Assembly: GCF_009914755.1 (NCBI RefSeq) | Contig: NC_060931.1 | DNA length: 64,000 bases | Strand: one strand, 5' to 3' | Source of the DNA: the human T2T-CHM13v2.0 reference genome, Homo sapiens | Part shown: piece after piece, positions 41,300 through 55,625 of the stretch | Layout of the letters: each line of letters starts with the position of its first letter | Position numbering within the stretch: position 1 is the stretch's first letter | Translations under genes and position numbers: made by a program | The notes under the pieces: model-generated | What the model was told of the DNA's origin: nothing | Seen by the model: only the letters and a program-made list of their open reading frames with translations | Databases searched by the model: none

Positions 41300-43063
41300 C
41301 TACAGTAAAAGAACAAAAAACAGGGGTGCAGTATGTTTGAAAAAAGAAACTGAATGCTTATTTTCTGATCAAAATTGTCAAAATTTATCAAAATCAACTC
41401 CCTGCTTTGATCTTAATCAAATAGCCTTAAACTTCTAGTTAACCGTCCACATGTAAAAAATAAAACAGTTGCACATAATGCCAATAATAATTTATTTTGA
41501 ATGTGAAAGTAAAAATGTCCTTAAACTATTTTAATAAAATCCAATAAGAAAATATCAGCTCCTCAGAAAAAAATATTTCAGATTACTCTGCCGTTTCTAC
41601 ATTCAGAAAAAAACCTATGAACATGGTAGATGACACTGGAATATCTCAGGAGAAGTTTCTAGTGTAATAGATTCCATTCTAGTGGAATATCTGGGGAGAA
41701 GTTTCTAGATACACTATGGTAGCACTATTATTCTGCAATATTCTTCTTGTCTATTGCACATCCACAGATCTCCTTCCATGATACATCTGAACAAGATTTC
41801 ATTCAGGAGTTAGTTACAGGGAAAAGGAGGAAATGGGTGCAACACTTACTTTTAAACCTACTTATTACACTTTAATTCACTATATTTTTGGACAAATGGT
41901 TCCTTTTTAAAATTAAATAATAAATTGCTTATTTATTCAGACACTTGATATCACCATTATAAATCCAAATATTGTGCTAAGGTATATATCACCTTCAAAA
42001 CAAAAATTCAAATTTACTATACTATTTCCATTTTACATAAAAGTGGCAGCTTCTCAGTTGTCCTTAATACATTTTTACTTTCATGCTAATACAACTATTA
42101 TCTTTAGGTTTTATTACTTTACCTTGCAGAATCTATACTCCATATTCCGGGATAAAAGCCAGACTTTTGTTGGTGAGGAAATATAGTAGTGTTCATATAA
42201 TCCTGTTTCCATTTTTATGCCTCTCAAAAAAAAAATCACCCTTAAATATAAACTAAATTATATTTTATGTATTTCCTTTATATTTTCTTCCATTCATTCT
42301 TCTACTGCCAGTTTCAGTGGCGTGTTCTCTGTGAAACATTCCCTGCCCAATCTCTCTGAGCCAGAGTTAAGTATGCCATAGAAAGATATTTAAATTTCAA
42401 TTACCCTGTCTTTTTACTCTCTCTTCTAATCTATTGTAACCATTCATTCTCCTGAACCCTTTCTAGTCAAGGCTGTGCTCCTGGAGGGTGAGTACTTCTT
42501 GTTAGCATTTCTGTATTCTGCTCACCTGGCACAATCTTATCCCTGAAAGCTCAGGAGACATTTCCTGAATTAATTCACTCCTTCTATAATTACTATTGAA
42601 ATTTTTTCATCTTACCTTTTTGAGACTTCTGTCTATCCTTTGACAGGAAAATATAGGCAGAGGACTTGATCTTATTTAAATATGTACCAACTAAATTTCA
42701 TCTCTTCCTTTTCTATGGGAATATTAAAAATCTCATTTCTTTCTTTTTTTTTTTCAGACGAATGGTTTTAGCTTGAATCATTTGATTGATCACTTAGCAA
42801 AAGAACATTAGCTTTAGAACCAGAAGATCTTGGTTAAAATCATTTATCTAAATCAAAAACACTGATGCTGTTACCTATCTCTCACCATTGTTGTGATTAT
42901 CAGCACGGATAACATCAGTAAAGCACTTCTTAAAGTAATAGCTGCTCAATGACATTTTCTCCAATCTCTTCTTTCTACTTTCATCCTGCTCTTTTTAAGG
43001 CATCGTTGATGGACTTTATGAGCCATGAACAAATTCAAATAGAAACAGCAATTAAAATCTTAC

Positions 43064-43188
43064 TCTTTGAAGAGGCACCATGCAATAGTATAGAGGCACA
43101 TCACAAAAAGAGCTCCTGTTAATAATGCAGGAATCCAGTTATCAGGGATCCAATAATATGAAATCTTTATTAATACAGAAGTAGTAAT
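43064..43188 (-). pseudogene. Exon C (125 nt): transmembrane exon
   Basis: Acceptor tatatttctcag, donor AGA|gtaaga. Reads ITTSVLIKISYYWIPDNWIPALLTGALFVMCLYTIAWCLFK, phase 0 to phase 2. The W-x-P-x-x-W before the hydrophobic stretch resembles CDHR3/4. Confidence 0.88.
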
Positions 43189-43931
43189 CTGAGAAATATA
43201 ATAAATATGAAGTATTAATAGCAGTACAATGGACAAAACTATAAAGACGTATATGCTGTGTAGAATATCTTGCATATTTCACTCTATTTCTTCTCTTTGA
43301 ATAATTAAAAACAAATACAGCAAATTACAAGACAAAATAACTAACATCTCTTAATGTCACAAAAAACAAACATCATTGTTTTTTAGAAACAAATGTCTGT
43401 TTATAATATTTCTTCTGGCCAGAATTCTTTCTCCTGTCTTGCCTTGTTGGTGAACATTTGTTCATTATAATGGTTATCCTCTACCATTGCTCTTGCAAGA
43501 AGCCTGACTTTGGGGTAGAAATTACCATACCCACGCCCTCTTTTCTTATATTTCTACTGTAACATCTAGAATACCTTGCCACATTTACTTCTTTTGTGAT
43601 TCTTCCTACTAGGAAATAAACTCCTATTAAACAGAACCATTCCTTGCTCATCTTTGTGGATTCTCTGTAGTTCTTGGCACAGAAGACAATAATTAGTGTT
43701 GGCTCAACGACAGATAGAATGAATCAGCAAGTTTTTAATAGGGCAAAGCATTATTTCAAAAATGGGTCAGACCATTGTAGCCCTTTCCTGCTTCCTATCA
43801 TAAAAGCACAAAAAGTTTTTTACCCAAGTAATTTTCCATTACTATCTAATGTGTGACCATTTAAGAAGCTAGCAATACAAAGTTCAACACAGATTTTAAT
43901 GTAAAGTCCATGACCAAGCAACATTACCTTC

Positions 43932-43947
43932 CCAGCAGATGGCAGCA
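43932..43947 (+). promoter_or_regulatory. Candidate CTCF motif
   Basis: CCAGCAGATGGCAGCA fits the CTCF core. Confidence 0.5.
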
Positions 43948-43993
43948 TAAGATAGGATAAGTTTTGTGAACACTCAAGTACTAGGTGTCTTTT

Positions 43994-44591
<598 letters not shown>

Positions 44592-45520
44592 GTGTCATTT
44601 CTTATGCCAACATAATTCATGAGGCTGATTTCACAGAAATAATAAAAGTAGAAAACAGACCTCTGCAAAGAAGGATCAGTCAACAATGGTAGTAACAGAA
44701 AAAACACTACTTATACAATTGAGTGAGAGGACTCCTGATTACTTTGTCGAATTTTGATAGTTGCAGAGATCAGCTACTATAGGACTGAACATTCTGTTTT
44801 ATACAACAACAAGGGCATGTCTGGACAAAGAAAGATCGAGAAAGGCTCCAGTAGTGTCAGGTGAAGTATTGTGGCCTTGTTTTCTTAAATAAATACTACG
44901 CTGTATTTCCAGATCATAGACTAAAAGAATGACAGACAACTTGATCACCACACTTAATCACCTAGCTCTATTTACAGCTCGTTAAGAAATAATACCTGCA
45001 CTAAGCACAGGTATGGGGAAGAATGTCACGACTAATATAAGTAAAGATACCACAGCCCACACCTGTTTAACTTGCTTTCTCATTCGTTCTTCCGTCCTTC
45101 CTTATGTCCCTCCCGACTTCCTTCCTTTTTTTCCTTCTTCCCTTCCTTTCTCTTTCTTTTAATAAATATTCGTTGAGCAGTTACTACATTTCAAGAATTG
45201 CCATATGAAGGAAATAAAGAGCCTGACAAAGGTGTTTGTGAGAAAACGTTTGAAAACATACTCTTAGAACATGTTTCTTTCTTCATTGGGCACATTTGGT
45301 GACAGCACGGCAGATTAAAACCAAAAAGAGTAGGGGTAGCATTTATTTAAAAGCAACTATTTGTCATGATTGGTGCTGAGCCTTTTAGCTATATTTTTTA
45401 GCTATATTATTAACACAGCCTTTTAGCTATATTACGTGCCCATTCTAAAAGAGATGTTTTCAATACCACCAATTTATGAAGGAGGAGCTGAAGCTCTGTA
45501 TGTTAACAAAAGTTCCATAG

Positions 45521-45610
45521 CCACTAAGTGGCAGAATTGGTATTCAGATAAAAATTCATGTATCTCCACTAAGTGGCAGAATTGGTATCCAGATAAAAAT
45601 TCATGTATCT
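45521..45610. repeat. 45-bp tandem duplication (1 mismatch)
   Basis: ccactaagtggcagaattggtatYcagataaaaattcatgtatct x2. Confidence 0.95.
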
Positions 45611-48600
45611 CCAAGACCACGTTCTTTTCAGTGGACTAGGCAACATCCCCCAAAATGAGGATATATGAGAGTTTTGAGAAAACAATCCAATTCCTCTATC
45701 AAGGTGTGTAGGCATCATTTTGTAAATCACCATTATATTCATATAAAAGTAACTACAAATTTTCATCCATGAGAATTTAACTGTGTAGAGCAAGTTCGAG
45801 GCATTTGAAAATTGCTTAAAGGTTAGTTGAAGGAATCATCCTAACTTCCTGCACTTCACTTGCCTGACAAAAAAGGGTAGATTTCCTGATTTCTGTTTTC
45901 TCTGTCTTTTATTTACCTCTCTCTCATATACACACAACTAAAGCTTTTATCTTAATTAATTCACATTTTTTTCATATTTCAAAATCTAAGATAAGTAGGA
46001 ATATTACATTTTTCACTAGTAATGTAAAAGCAAAATCTTTGTATAGGGATTAAATAGAATATTAATGGTTTATATTTATATAACATTTATTACAAGAGCT
46101 TTCATATCTCTTGTTTCATTTAATCCTCACAAAATTCTTTGTACAATACATATAGCTATTCTAATCTAATAGCTTTAGTAATCCATGTACACAGAGTAAA
46201 TCCATTTACACAGAGTAAATACTGAAGTGTACATTATGTGCAAGCTGGACCCTTTCAGCATATCCTTTTTCAATTGGTGAGTCAAAACATTTTTAAAGAA
46301 CCAAATTTGAGGATTAGCATTTGATCCTCTCAGCACTTCCATAGCTTATTCCATTATGCCTTTATGTTTTCATCGTTTGTAAACTCTTTGGAGGCCCCAG
46401 TAGGTAGTAACCACGAGGGTAAAGGCAAATGCCTGGCCTTATCTCTGGCAATTGCCTGCTGCCTGAACCTGCTACCTCCAGTCTTCTCTTCTGCATTCTA
46501 TCTTTCACTCGTCTGGTTTAGTTTCAATTATTCATTTACACTTCCTAGGAATCTAACATGGCTTTGTATTGACTACAAAACAAAGTCTAAAACCCATACC
46601 ATTGACTCTAGGCCTTCGTCAATCTACCAAGTATCTCCCTTTTTGGCCTTGCCTCTGGCCAGTGCTCCTCACATGCTCCAGACATGCTTGGTTTCTTTCC
46701 CTTCAAGAAAAGACTATGCACTCCTATATCCATGCTCCTCAATTTCTACCATGTTGAAATGTCTTTGCTTCTCATTCTATCCATCAAAGACCTACATAAA
46801 ATACAAATATCTCTTCTGGGAGTTTCTCAATATTCTTCAAGTCAGAATTTGCCATGTTATCTGTCCTACATTTATTTACACTTCCTTTACAGCACTTGTC
46901 CAAATGACTTGTAATTTGATTAATTGGAAATCAATCTCTATACTTATTATGGCTTCTAAGTCTTTGCATAATATGATCCCTGTCAATCTCTTCACCTCGT
47001 TTTATTATCTTTTTTCCAACTCACTTGCCTTACAAGTGAGGAGACTCTTCAAGCCTTGACCATTTCTCTGTCTCTTTGCCGGTCTTTCTGGTTCTACCAC
47101 TCACTAAGTCTGTGACCTTGATAAAGTTATTTAAACTTCTGGTGTCTTCATTTTCCCCTTTGTAACATGGACAAAAACGGCTGACACTAAATATGATTTA
47201 ATCAAATGATTTTTTAATGTGGAAATTTTACATATAAATAGATTTATAAAGATCATTTCCATGACTAGGAAGTTTTTTGTCAGATATTAATTAAATTAAA
47301 ATACTAAAATTTGATACGATTATTGCATCGTAAAATTTCTGAAAGTTATTTTAGATTACGTATATAGAATTATGCAAAGTGTACCTTTTTATATTTACTT
47401 TTAAAATGTAACTTAAAACTTTTTTTCCCACAGCTTACAGTTTTGCCTAAGCAGAAAATATGAAGATACTTATACTTGGACAATTGAGCCGTTACTCCTC
47501 CCTGTCAGGAACATGAGGAGTGATGAAATAAATGGCTAAGGATTGACAGGACGCTGGTTTTTGTATGTCATCAGACATTTATCTCACCATTAGGTAAATC
47601 ACGAGTGAAAACAAAAGAATTTCCCATCTGTCATGTGGTCATGCACTAAGCTTCTTACAGCTGTGCACAGTTAATTTGGTTTGATTCATAACCTTAATTA
47701 CTTAACTTGTTATATTTTACAGAAAAGACAATAATAATAATCTTCCCTGTCATGAAATCTTTCGTCAGTGGGCATTATAGTCTCAGCAGATGTGCAAGGC
47801 TATGACCTAGAAGAGTAAAATTTATACTATTTCTACTGGCTTCCAAATTATTTCATTTAATTCTCACTGGAAGAAGATTATTTAAAGGGTTGCAATTAAG
47901 AAATTTTCTTTCAAGTATGTCTAATGGATACTTCTCATGATCTGTTTCAAATAGTGGTAAAAATTCTAATTTAAGAAGAAATGCTGGTCTTGCCCATTTG
48001 CTAAGAAAATTACTATAAAATTTAATAAATATTAAAACATACTTTTTAAAATATCAGTATAAATAATAAATAAATATAAAATAAATAAAATAATAAAATA
48101 AAATATAACATTTTTTTCCTTAAGGAGAACTGTGAATGAGAACTGGAGGTTTGGTAGCTATATCAGCAATCACTTACACTTGATGTTTTCAAACAGTCTT
48201 TCTGTGTTTATAATCAATTAATAAACATTTATAAAATAAAATAACAATTAATAAACATTAATATAATGCCACTAGCTATTAATCACATTCTATATTCTGG
48301 TCACGGCACCAGGAGAGGCTTCTAAAATAGCTTTTAATAATTTCTATTGAAAATTGGAAACTGAGGTTCAATGGTGGTGAATAACTCAACCCAGTTTTAC
48401 AGGATCATCTAGTGAAAGCTGGAATTCAAACCAAGACCTGTCTTATTCCTAAGGCCACACTCTTTCTGTTGCACTACTTGGACCTTAAGATTGCTTACTA
48501 TAAATGTAAAAACTGTTTTGATGCAATCTATGTGAAATTGTTGTTTGCATTTCTTTAATTTCAAAATTTCATTTGAAAACTTTACTTCCCTTTGATTAGA

Positions 48601-50714
48601 AGGCCTGGTCATATTATAAATGATTGAATATGATTAAAATTTAAAAATTAATATTGTCAAAATTGTTTTCTGAGCCTTGTTACTATAAAAAAGTTAACTG
48701 CTTTTTTCTTTTACTATAATATTACTCCTTGAGCTTCTTATTCATTCTTAATCCTATGTACTAATTCAATTAATATATGTCATGCAAATTAGAATAAATG
48801 CATGAAAAGAAAAAAAGGAAAAAATATTTACAAATATAAAGACAGAAATTTTAAGCCATTAATTGCACAACTAGTATTTTTCTCGAATGAAAGGTCATTA
48901 TTTAGGAGATCAAAACAAAATGATCCAAACCTAAAAATTGTTTAAATCTCTTTAATCAGTGACTTGTCTCACTTTGACTATCCACATCATTACACTGGAA
49001 TGACATGGGGCTTCCTTTATATTGTGTAAAATATTAAGTACACTATTAGTTTCTAGCTTATAGGTAATCTTTAAAAAATAAGTCAATTCTGCTAATAAAA
49101 ACTAGTGTAAGTAGTGTTCTCTTTTTAATAAGGTAAGACATTATTTTCCTTAAAAATAAACTCTAGCTCTTACGTTGAATGGCCTAGGAAGACTTCATTG
49201 AGTATCTTTAGGCAGCAGTCATCAAGTGGAATCAGAAAAGGAAATGTATATCAAATGTATATCAATTACAGGATGTAATTTGCTTATGAAATGACAGGCA
49301 GATATATGTCATGCTGGTTTTCCTTGACTTTGTCTACACCCTTTTAAATAGCTCCTTCCACAACTCTTCTCATTTTTTTCTGTCTGTTTCCTTCTGAGAG
49401 TCAGATGGACACAAAGACCAATAAATAAATTAATGTAAAATGTGATTCTCACTATTTATTCATGCAGCTTGTTTTTTATAGAGTGGTTAAATGTGAAATA
49501 ATACACACAGAAATAGTCAAACAGTTGCATAACTTATGTCCCTTATCAAACAGAAGAAAGTGAAATATTTTGAGGGTCACCAAGAGAATTTGTTCCCAAT
49601 CCACAAATAGAAGGGTGACTTAGCCCCTTAGTTCCCATATTCACAATTTAAGAAGAATGATTAGATAGTTTATAGGTTGAATATCAGAAGTCCCAAGATA
49701 AGCAGCAAATATTTCCATTGTCCCCCAGTAGGTCTAAGGGATCTTTTATTGTTGTTTCACACAGGGGTAAATACATACATCATATCTCATCATGCATCTG
49801 TCCTGTATGCTTGGCCAGACCAGATAAAAATGGGCATGCTTTCTTTTTAATATGTTTTGTCACAGCCTCTCCAATTTCTGGCATACCATAAAGGTATTAT
49901 TTTCATCATCATCAACTCATTACATCAATGCTTCTTTACTAATTTTTTCTTAGAAACAATTTGAGGTAAGAGAGGCAGATTTGTTATAATTCTGCTACTA
50001 CATTTAAAGATATATTATTTAATATATTTTTTATCCCTCTTACAAAAATAATATAAATCAATATTGGATGTCTGGGGGATTCATTTTTCTTTAAAAAGCA
50101 TGCATGAGTTAATCAAGTTTGAAAATATAGAAATACTAGTATAATGGAGCAAACATGTTCTCTGGAAATAGACATATCTGGGCTAAAATTATGACTTACA
50201 CTTAATTTGAGCAAGTTAATTTTTTTGTTTGGAACAATGTTGCCTAGTTTGTAGAGTTTCTATGAGGAAGAAAATACCTTATGGAAGTTTATAGCATTCA
50301 GTAGGCTAACAATTTGTGACCATTATTATCCACTACTATTATTTTGCAATTTAAGTCTTCATCTTAGGAGAAGACAAAGAATAACAAGAGAACCTTAATT
50401 CATGGGTTAGAGACATCAGGTGATCATTGAAATAACCACAATGAGCTCCACTTCCTAGGTTGACAAGGCAGGGTGGATATTAAAGCATAGTTGACAGGAA
50501 GTAATATATTTCTCTAATCTCTACAGGTGTTTTGGATAGAGTCTAGTGAATATTAGACTCAGGCTAGCAGATAGTGCTGGTGGCTTCCATGGGTACTCTG
50601 ACTTCAAAAAAATATCCATATCATACATAAACATTGCTAATTTCTCTTAAATTTTCTTCCTATTCACCATAAATTTTTCTGCCTTTCTATGTCTACTAAA
50701 GAATAAAACAGGTC

Positions 50715-50918
50715 CAATAATATGCTGGTAAACCAACTCTTAAAATGTAAAACAAAACCAAAAACCTGGTATGTAGTATTTGCCAATTTTTGTGACATAA
50801 ATATTCCCATCATTACCTATTTCAAGCTACCAAATGCTTAGCAACAAGACTACAAAATTTCTGCATGCTTAACAATAGGCTCTCTCAGCTGGGATAAGCC
50901 AGCTCCAGCATACTACTG
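50715..50918. mobile_element. hAT DNA transposon remnant (MER63-like)
   Basis: Termini resembling ..atgctggta / ccagcatactactg. Confidence 0.5.
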
Positions 50919-51653
50919 TTCCAAATTATCAGCTGAAAACAAAGTGCCAAGAGTATTTGGTTGTAAATTATCTTATGAGGTATATGTAGTAAGGGTTTGG
51001 TGTTTGATGAGTCAAATCAGCCTTGGAAAAGTAATGTGCCTGTGCAACGAGCACAATAGAAGAAAAAACATATAAGGTTACAAAGATATAAGTCTCTGGT
51101 GTGTCTAAGCAGCCATAATATCCTCAGGATTCATCTTTAATGTCCAAATTAAGTGAAAAGCACTAAAAATTCCAGTTTTGTCACTGTACGCAGCTCTTAA
51201 ACTTTTTTTAGTTCTTCACTGATGGTTTAAAACCTTTTCATTACTGATTTGCATCATGAAATATGAATGGTTGAAATAATGAAAAGATTGGACAGAGTTA
51301 TTTATAGACCTTCTCCTTCCTAGTCTTCTGCTTATACACTGTTTATGTTGAAATCAGAGTAAAAAAACATAGTTATAAACTTTGATGATTTAAATATACC
51401 TTTCTTTCATTTTGTCAAAGTGGACATTAGTTCTGGAATTTTTATTACGGGCTCAATTTGCTACATAAAGATAGTTTCAGGAATTTTGATTCATAATTCC
51501 TTGGGGATCACATTTGCAGGAAATAGTGTCTAGCCAGTTACCTCATTGTCTCTTTAGCCAATCTGGACTCAAATTGGAAGAGTTTAATTCAGTTCATGAA
51601 ACATGGCTTAATGTCTTCTCTACCTGCCCTGAGAGAGACCTTTGAATAATCAC

Positions 51654-51725
51654 GTATAGGTTCAAAGACTAAGGTTAATCAGGAGACAGGTATGGGTTCA
51701 AAGACTAAGGTTAATCAGGAGACAA
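51654..51725. repeat. 36-bp tandem duplication
   Basis: gtatRggttcaaagactaaggttaatcaggagacaR x2. Confidence 0.93.
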
Positions 51726-53304
51726 TATACAACAGTTTTGTTTATTTTGTTTAATTTAGGGTTGGGCTTATTTATCATCAGCTTTTTTAACTAAGTTTTT
51801 CTACATTTAAGATAAAAGGATTTCTTTCTATTCTCCTTCCTAGGTTTCAAGGTATTATTTTATTTATTCTAATGTCTACTAGTGCATGCCAAATATTGAC
51901 ATATTTAAGGAATATATTATGTAAAACTTTCCCTGTAGCTATGTGTTAGTGACTTTTACTATATACTAATAGAAACATATTTTGCTCATGAAAACATTTT
52001 TTTTTAACAAATTCAAAAGCACTGATAAACTCTTGTTTTCAGTCAGTGTTTTGCAACCTGGATTCCATGGATGGGTTTTACAGGCTCTAAAATTGAATAT
52101 AAAATTCATACATGTACACACATGTAATATGTATGTGTTGTTCTAGAGAGAGGAGCCATAAGCTTTCATCAGATTTTAACACAGTTCATGAACCTCCCCT
52201 CCTCCCAATTATGAACTATCACATACCTTTCTGATAACATATGACATTGGTCTTTGATTTATCAAGTACCATATTTGGCATTGTAAAATGTGCAATGATC
52301 TTTATTGAACGCTTTCAGTAGATACAGTTTATGGGATGCTCTAATTTTTTTCTAAAGAAAGTAGAATGAAGTTTTCCTTAAAAAATCTGCATTTATAGTG
52401 AATTTCATGCTGAAGTTGTCTCCCGTAATATTTGTAGTGTAATTGAATTTGTTCTTAATTACTTTGAACTTTTTATCATTAGGCCTTTTTTTCCCTCTAA
52501 AATTCATAGACATTGCTAGCAATCTGGCTTTAAGAATGTTCTATTTCTGAAATAGACTTTTATAGTTATATTTTAGAAGCAGATAAAATTCTAGCAGTAT
52601 ATTCTAACCACTCAGAAATGTTTTTAAGTTTTCATATCTCATCCAATATTCTAAATAGAAAGATCTGCTTTGTATTAATAATAATAAAATATACAGTCTA
52701 TAATAATAATGGCTAGGTCCTAACAGAAATTCTCTTTCCCATGATATATCATAATACATATATTCTAATGCACACATTTTAAATAAAATAGATGGTGAAT
52801 TCTATTAATTATGTATATTTTTGATGGAGCAGTTCATCTTCACATAAAGTACTATTGCCTTGGTTTGGAGCCTAAGTCTTTCATCTGGATTATTAAAACA
52901 AGCTCCTAACTCGTTTTGTGAGCACTTTATCTCCATCCACCAATCTTCCTTTCATATTTTCATATTTTTACATCTTTATTCTAAAATCATTCATACTTAG
53001 AAATAGCTGATACTGTCACCCTCTCTTGTAATCTTTCTTTAGATCCTCTCTGATTGGAAGACAAAGTCCATCTTCCTTAGGATGTTGTACAGGTATCTTC
53101 AAATTTATGCTGTAATAATCCTCCACTTTCTGAACATGAATGTTTATTATTTAAACCAGTTACAGTTGGATATTCCACCATTTATAGTAAGAAGGATTTT
53201 CTCTGACTTTCTTAACTTTGTTCGCCAACACCAAGCACAAGGTTTGACCATACAGTTGGGAAATAGTCAGATAGTTGGAAATACAGGTGACCTTTATAAC
53301 ATAC

Positions 53305-55625
53305 TGATATGGTTTGGCTGTGTCCCCTCTCAAATATCAACTTAATATGTTTTGTATCTCCCAGAATTCCCACATGTTGTGGGAGGGACCCGGGGGAGGT
53401 AATTGAATCATGGGGGCTGATCTTTTCTGTGCTATTCTCCTGATAGTGAATAAGTCTCACGAAACCTGTTGGGTTTATCAAGGGTTTCCACTTTTGCTTC
53501 TTCCTCGTTTTCTCTTGCCACTGCCATGCAAGAAGTGGACTTTCATGACTCTGAGGCCATGACTCTGAGGCCTCCCCAGCCATGCGGAACTGTAAGTCCA
53601 ATTAAAACCCTTTGTCTTCCCAGTTTCGGGTATGTCTTTATCAGCAGCGTGGAAATGGACTAATAGAGTAAATTGGTACCACTAGAGTAGGGCATTGCTG
53701 ATAAATACCCGAAAATGTGGAAGCGACTTTGGAAGTGGGTAACAGGGCAGCAGTTGGAACAGTTTGGAGGGCTCAGAAGAAGACAGGTAAATGTGGGAAG
53801 GTTTGGAACTTCATAGAGACTTGTTGAATGGCTTTGCCGAAAATGCTGATAGTGATATGGACAATAAGGTCCAGGCTGAGGTAGTCTCAGATGGAGATGA
53901 GAAACTTGTTGGGAACTGGAGTAAAGATGACCCTTGTTACGTTTTAGCAAAGAGACTGGCGTCATTTTATCCCTGCCCTAGCAATTTGTGGAACTTTGAA
54001 CTTGAGAAAGATGATTTAGGGTATCTGGAGGAAGAATTTTCTAAGCAGAAAAGCATCCAAGGGGTGACTTGGGTACTGTTAAAGGCATTCAGTTTTATAG
54101 GAGAAGCAGAGCATAAAAGTTTGGAAAATTTGCAGCCTGACTATGCCATGGAAAAGAAAATCCCATTTTCTGGGGAGAGATTCAAGCCAGCTGCAGAAAT
54201 TTGCATAAGTAGCAAGGAGCCTAATGTTAACCTCCAAGACGGGGGGTGGGGGTGGGGGGTGGTGGGGGGGTGTGGAAAATGGCTCCAGGCCATGTCGGAG
54301 ACCTTCAGGCCAGCCCCTCCCATCACAGGCCCAGAGGCCCAGGAAGAAAACGTGGTTTTGTGGGCTGTGCCAAGGGATCCCGTACTGTGTGCAGCCCAGG
54401 GATTTGGTGCCCTGTGTGCCAGCTGCTACAGCGTGGTGGAAAGGGGCCGACATACAGCTCGGACTGTGGCTTCAGTGGGTGGAAGCCCCAAGTCTTGGCA
54501 GCTTCCACGTGTTGTTGAGCCTGCGGGTACACAGAAGTCAAGAACTGAGGTTTGAGAACCCCCGCCTAGATTTCAGATGTGTGGAAATGCCTGGATGTCT
54601 AGGCAAAAGTTTGCTGCAGAGGCAGGGCCCTCATGGAGAACCTCTGCTAGGGCAGTGCAGAAGGGAAATGTGGGGTCAGAGCCCTCACACAGAGTGTCTG
54701 CTGGGGCACTGCCTAGTGGAGCTGTGAGAAGAGGGCCACCATCCTCCAGACCCCAGAATGTTAGATCCACAGACAGCTTGCACCGTGCACCTGGAAAAGG
54801 CACAGACACTTAATACCAGCCCACAAAAACAGCCACGAGGGAGGCTGTACCCTGCAAAATCACAGGGGTGGAGCTGCCAAAGACCATGAGAACCCATCTC
54901 TTGGATCAGTGTGACTTGGATGTGAGACCTGGAGTCAAAGGAGATCATTTTAAAGCTTTAAAATTTGACTGCCCCGCTGGATTTCAGACTTGGATAGGCC
55001 CTTTAACCCCTTTGTTTTGGCCAATTTCTCCCATGTGGAATGGCTGTATTTACCCAATACCTGTACCCCCATTATATCTAGGAAGTAACTAGCTTGCTTT
55101 TGATTTTACAGGCTCGTAGGCGGAAAGGGACTTGCTTTGTCTCAGATGAGACTTTGGACTATGAAATTTTGGGTTAATGCTGAAATGAGCTAAGACTTTA
55201 GGGGACAGTTGGGAAGGCATGATTGGTTTTAAAATGTGAGGAGATGAGATTTGGTGGGTCCAGGGGCGGAATGATATGGTTTGGCTCTGTTCCCACCCAA
55301 ATCTCAACTTGAATTGTATCTCCCAGAATTTCCACTTGTTGGGGGAGGAACCCAGGGGGAGGTAATTGAATCATGGGGGCTGGTCTTTCCTGTGCTATTC
55401 TCGTGATAGTGAATAAGTCTCACCAGATCTGATGGGTTTATCAGGGGCTTCCACTTTTGCTTCTTCCTCATTTTCTCTTGCTGCCAACACGTAAGAAGTG
55501 CTTTTCACCTCCCGCCATGATTCTGAGACCTCCACAGCCATGTGGAACTGTAAGTCCAATTAAACCTCTTTTTCTTCCCAGTCACGGGTATGTCTTTATC
55601 AGCAGCGTGAAAACAGACTAATACA
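53305..55625 (+). mobile_element. Complete THE1A MaLR element (LTR 53305-53667, internal 53668-55271, LTR 55272-55625)
   Basis: Two tgatatggtttggct...ctaata(c/g)a LTRs, gtaaattggtacc internal start, TSD catac/tgtac. ORF 53791-54555 is its gag-derived remnant. Confidence 0.96.

Noticed and set aside
43060-43275. 71-aa two-TM micropeptide ORF
   Set aside because: Only the distal 41 codons are the cadherin TM exon; the first part is the intronic polypyrimidine/branch region.
46364-47059. 231-aa ORF on the + strand
   Set aside because: No recognisable domain. Leu/Ser/Phe-rich composition of pyrimidine-rich, probably L2-derived DNA, with no splice or promoter support.
51542-51628. Possible minus-strand exon in the 16-kb intron
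   Set aside because: No similarity to the family, and exons B and C already join in phase without it.
53791-54555. 254-aa ORF
   Set aside because: It is the THE1A internal gag-derived remnant, shifted by a G-run expansion, not a host gene.
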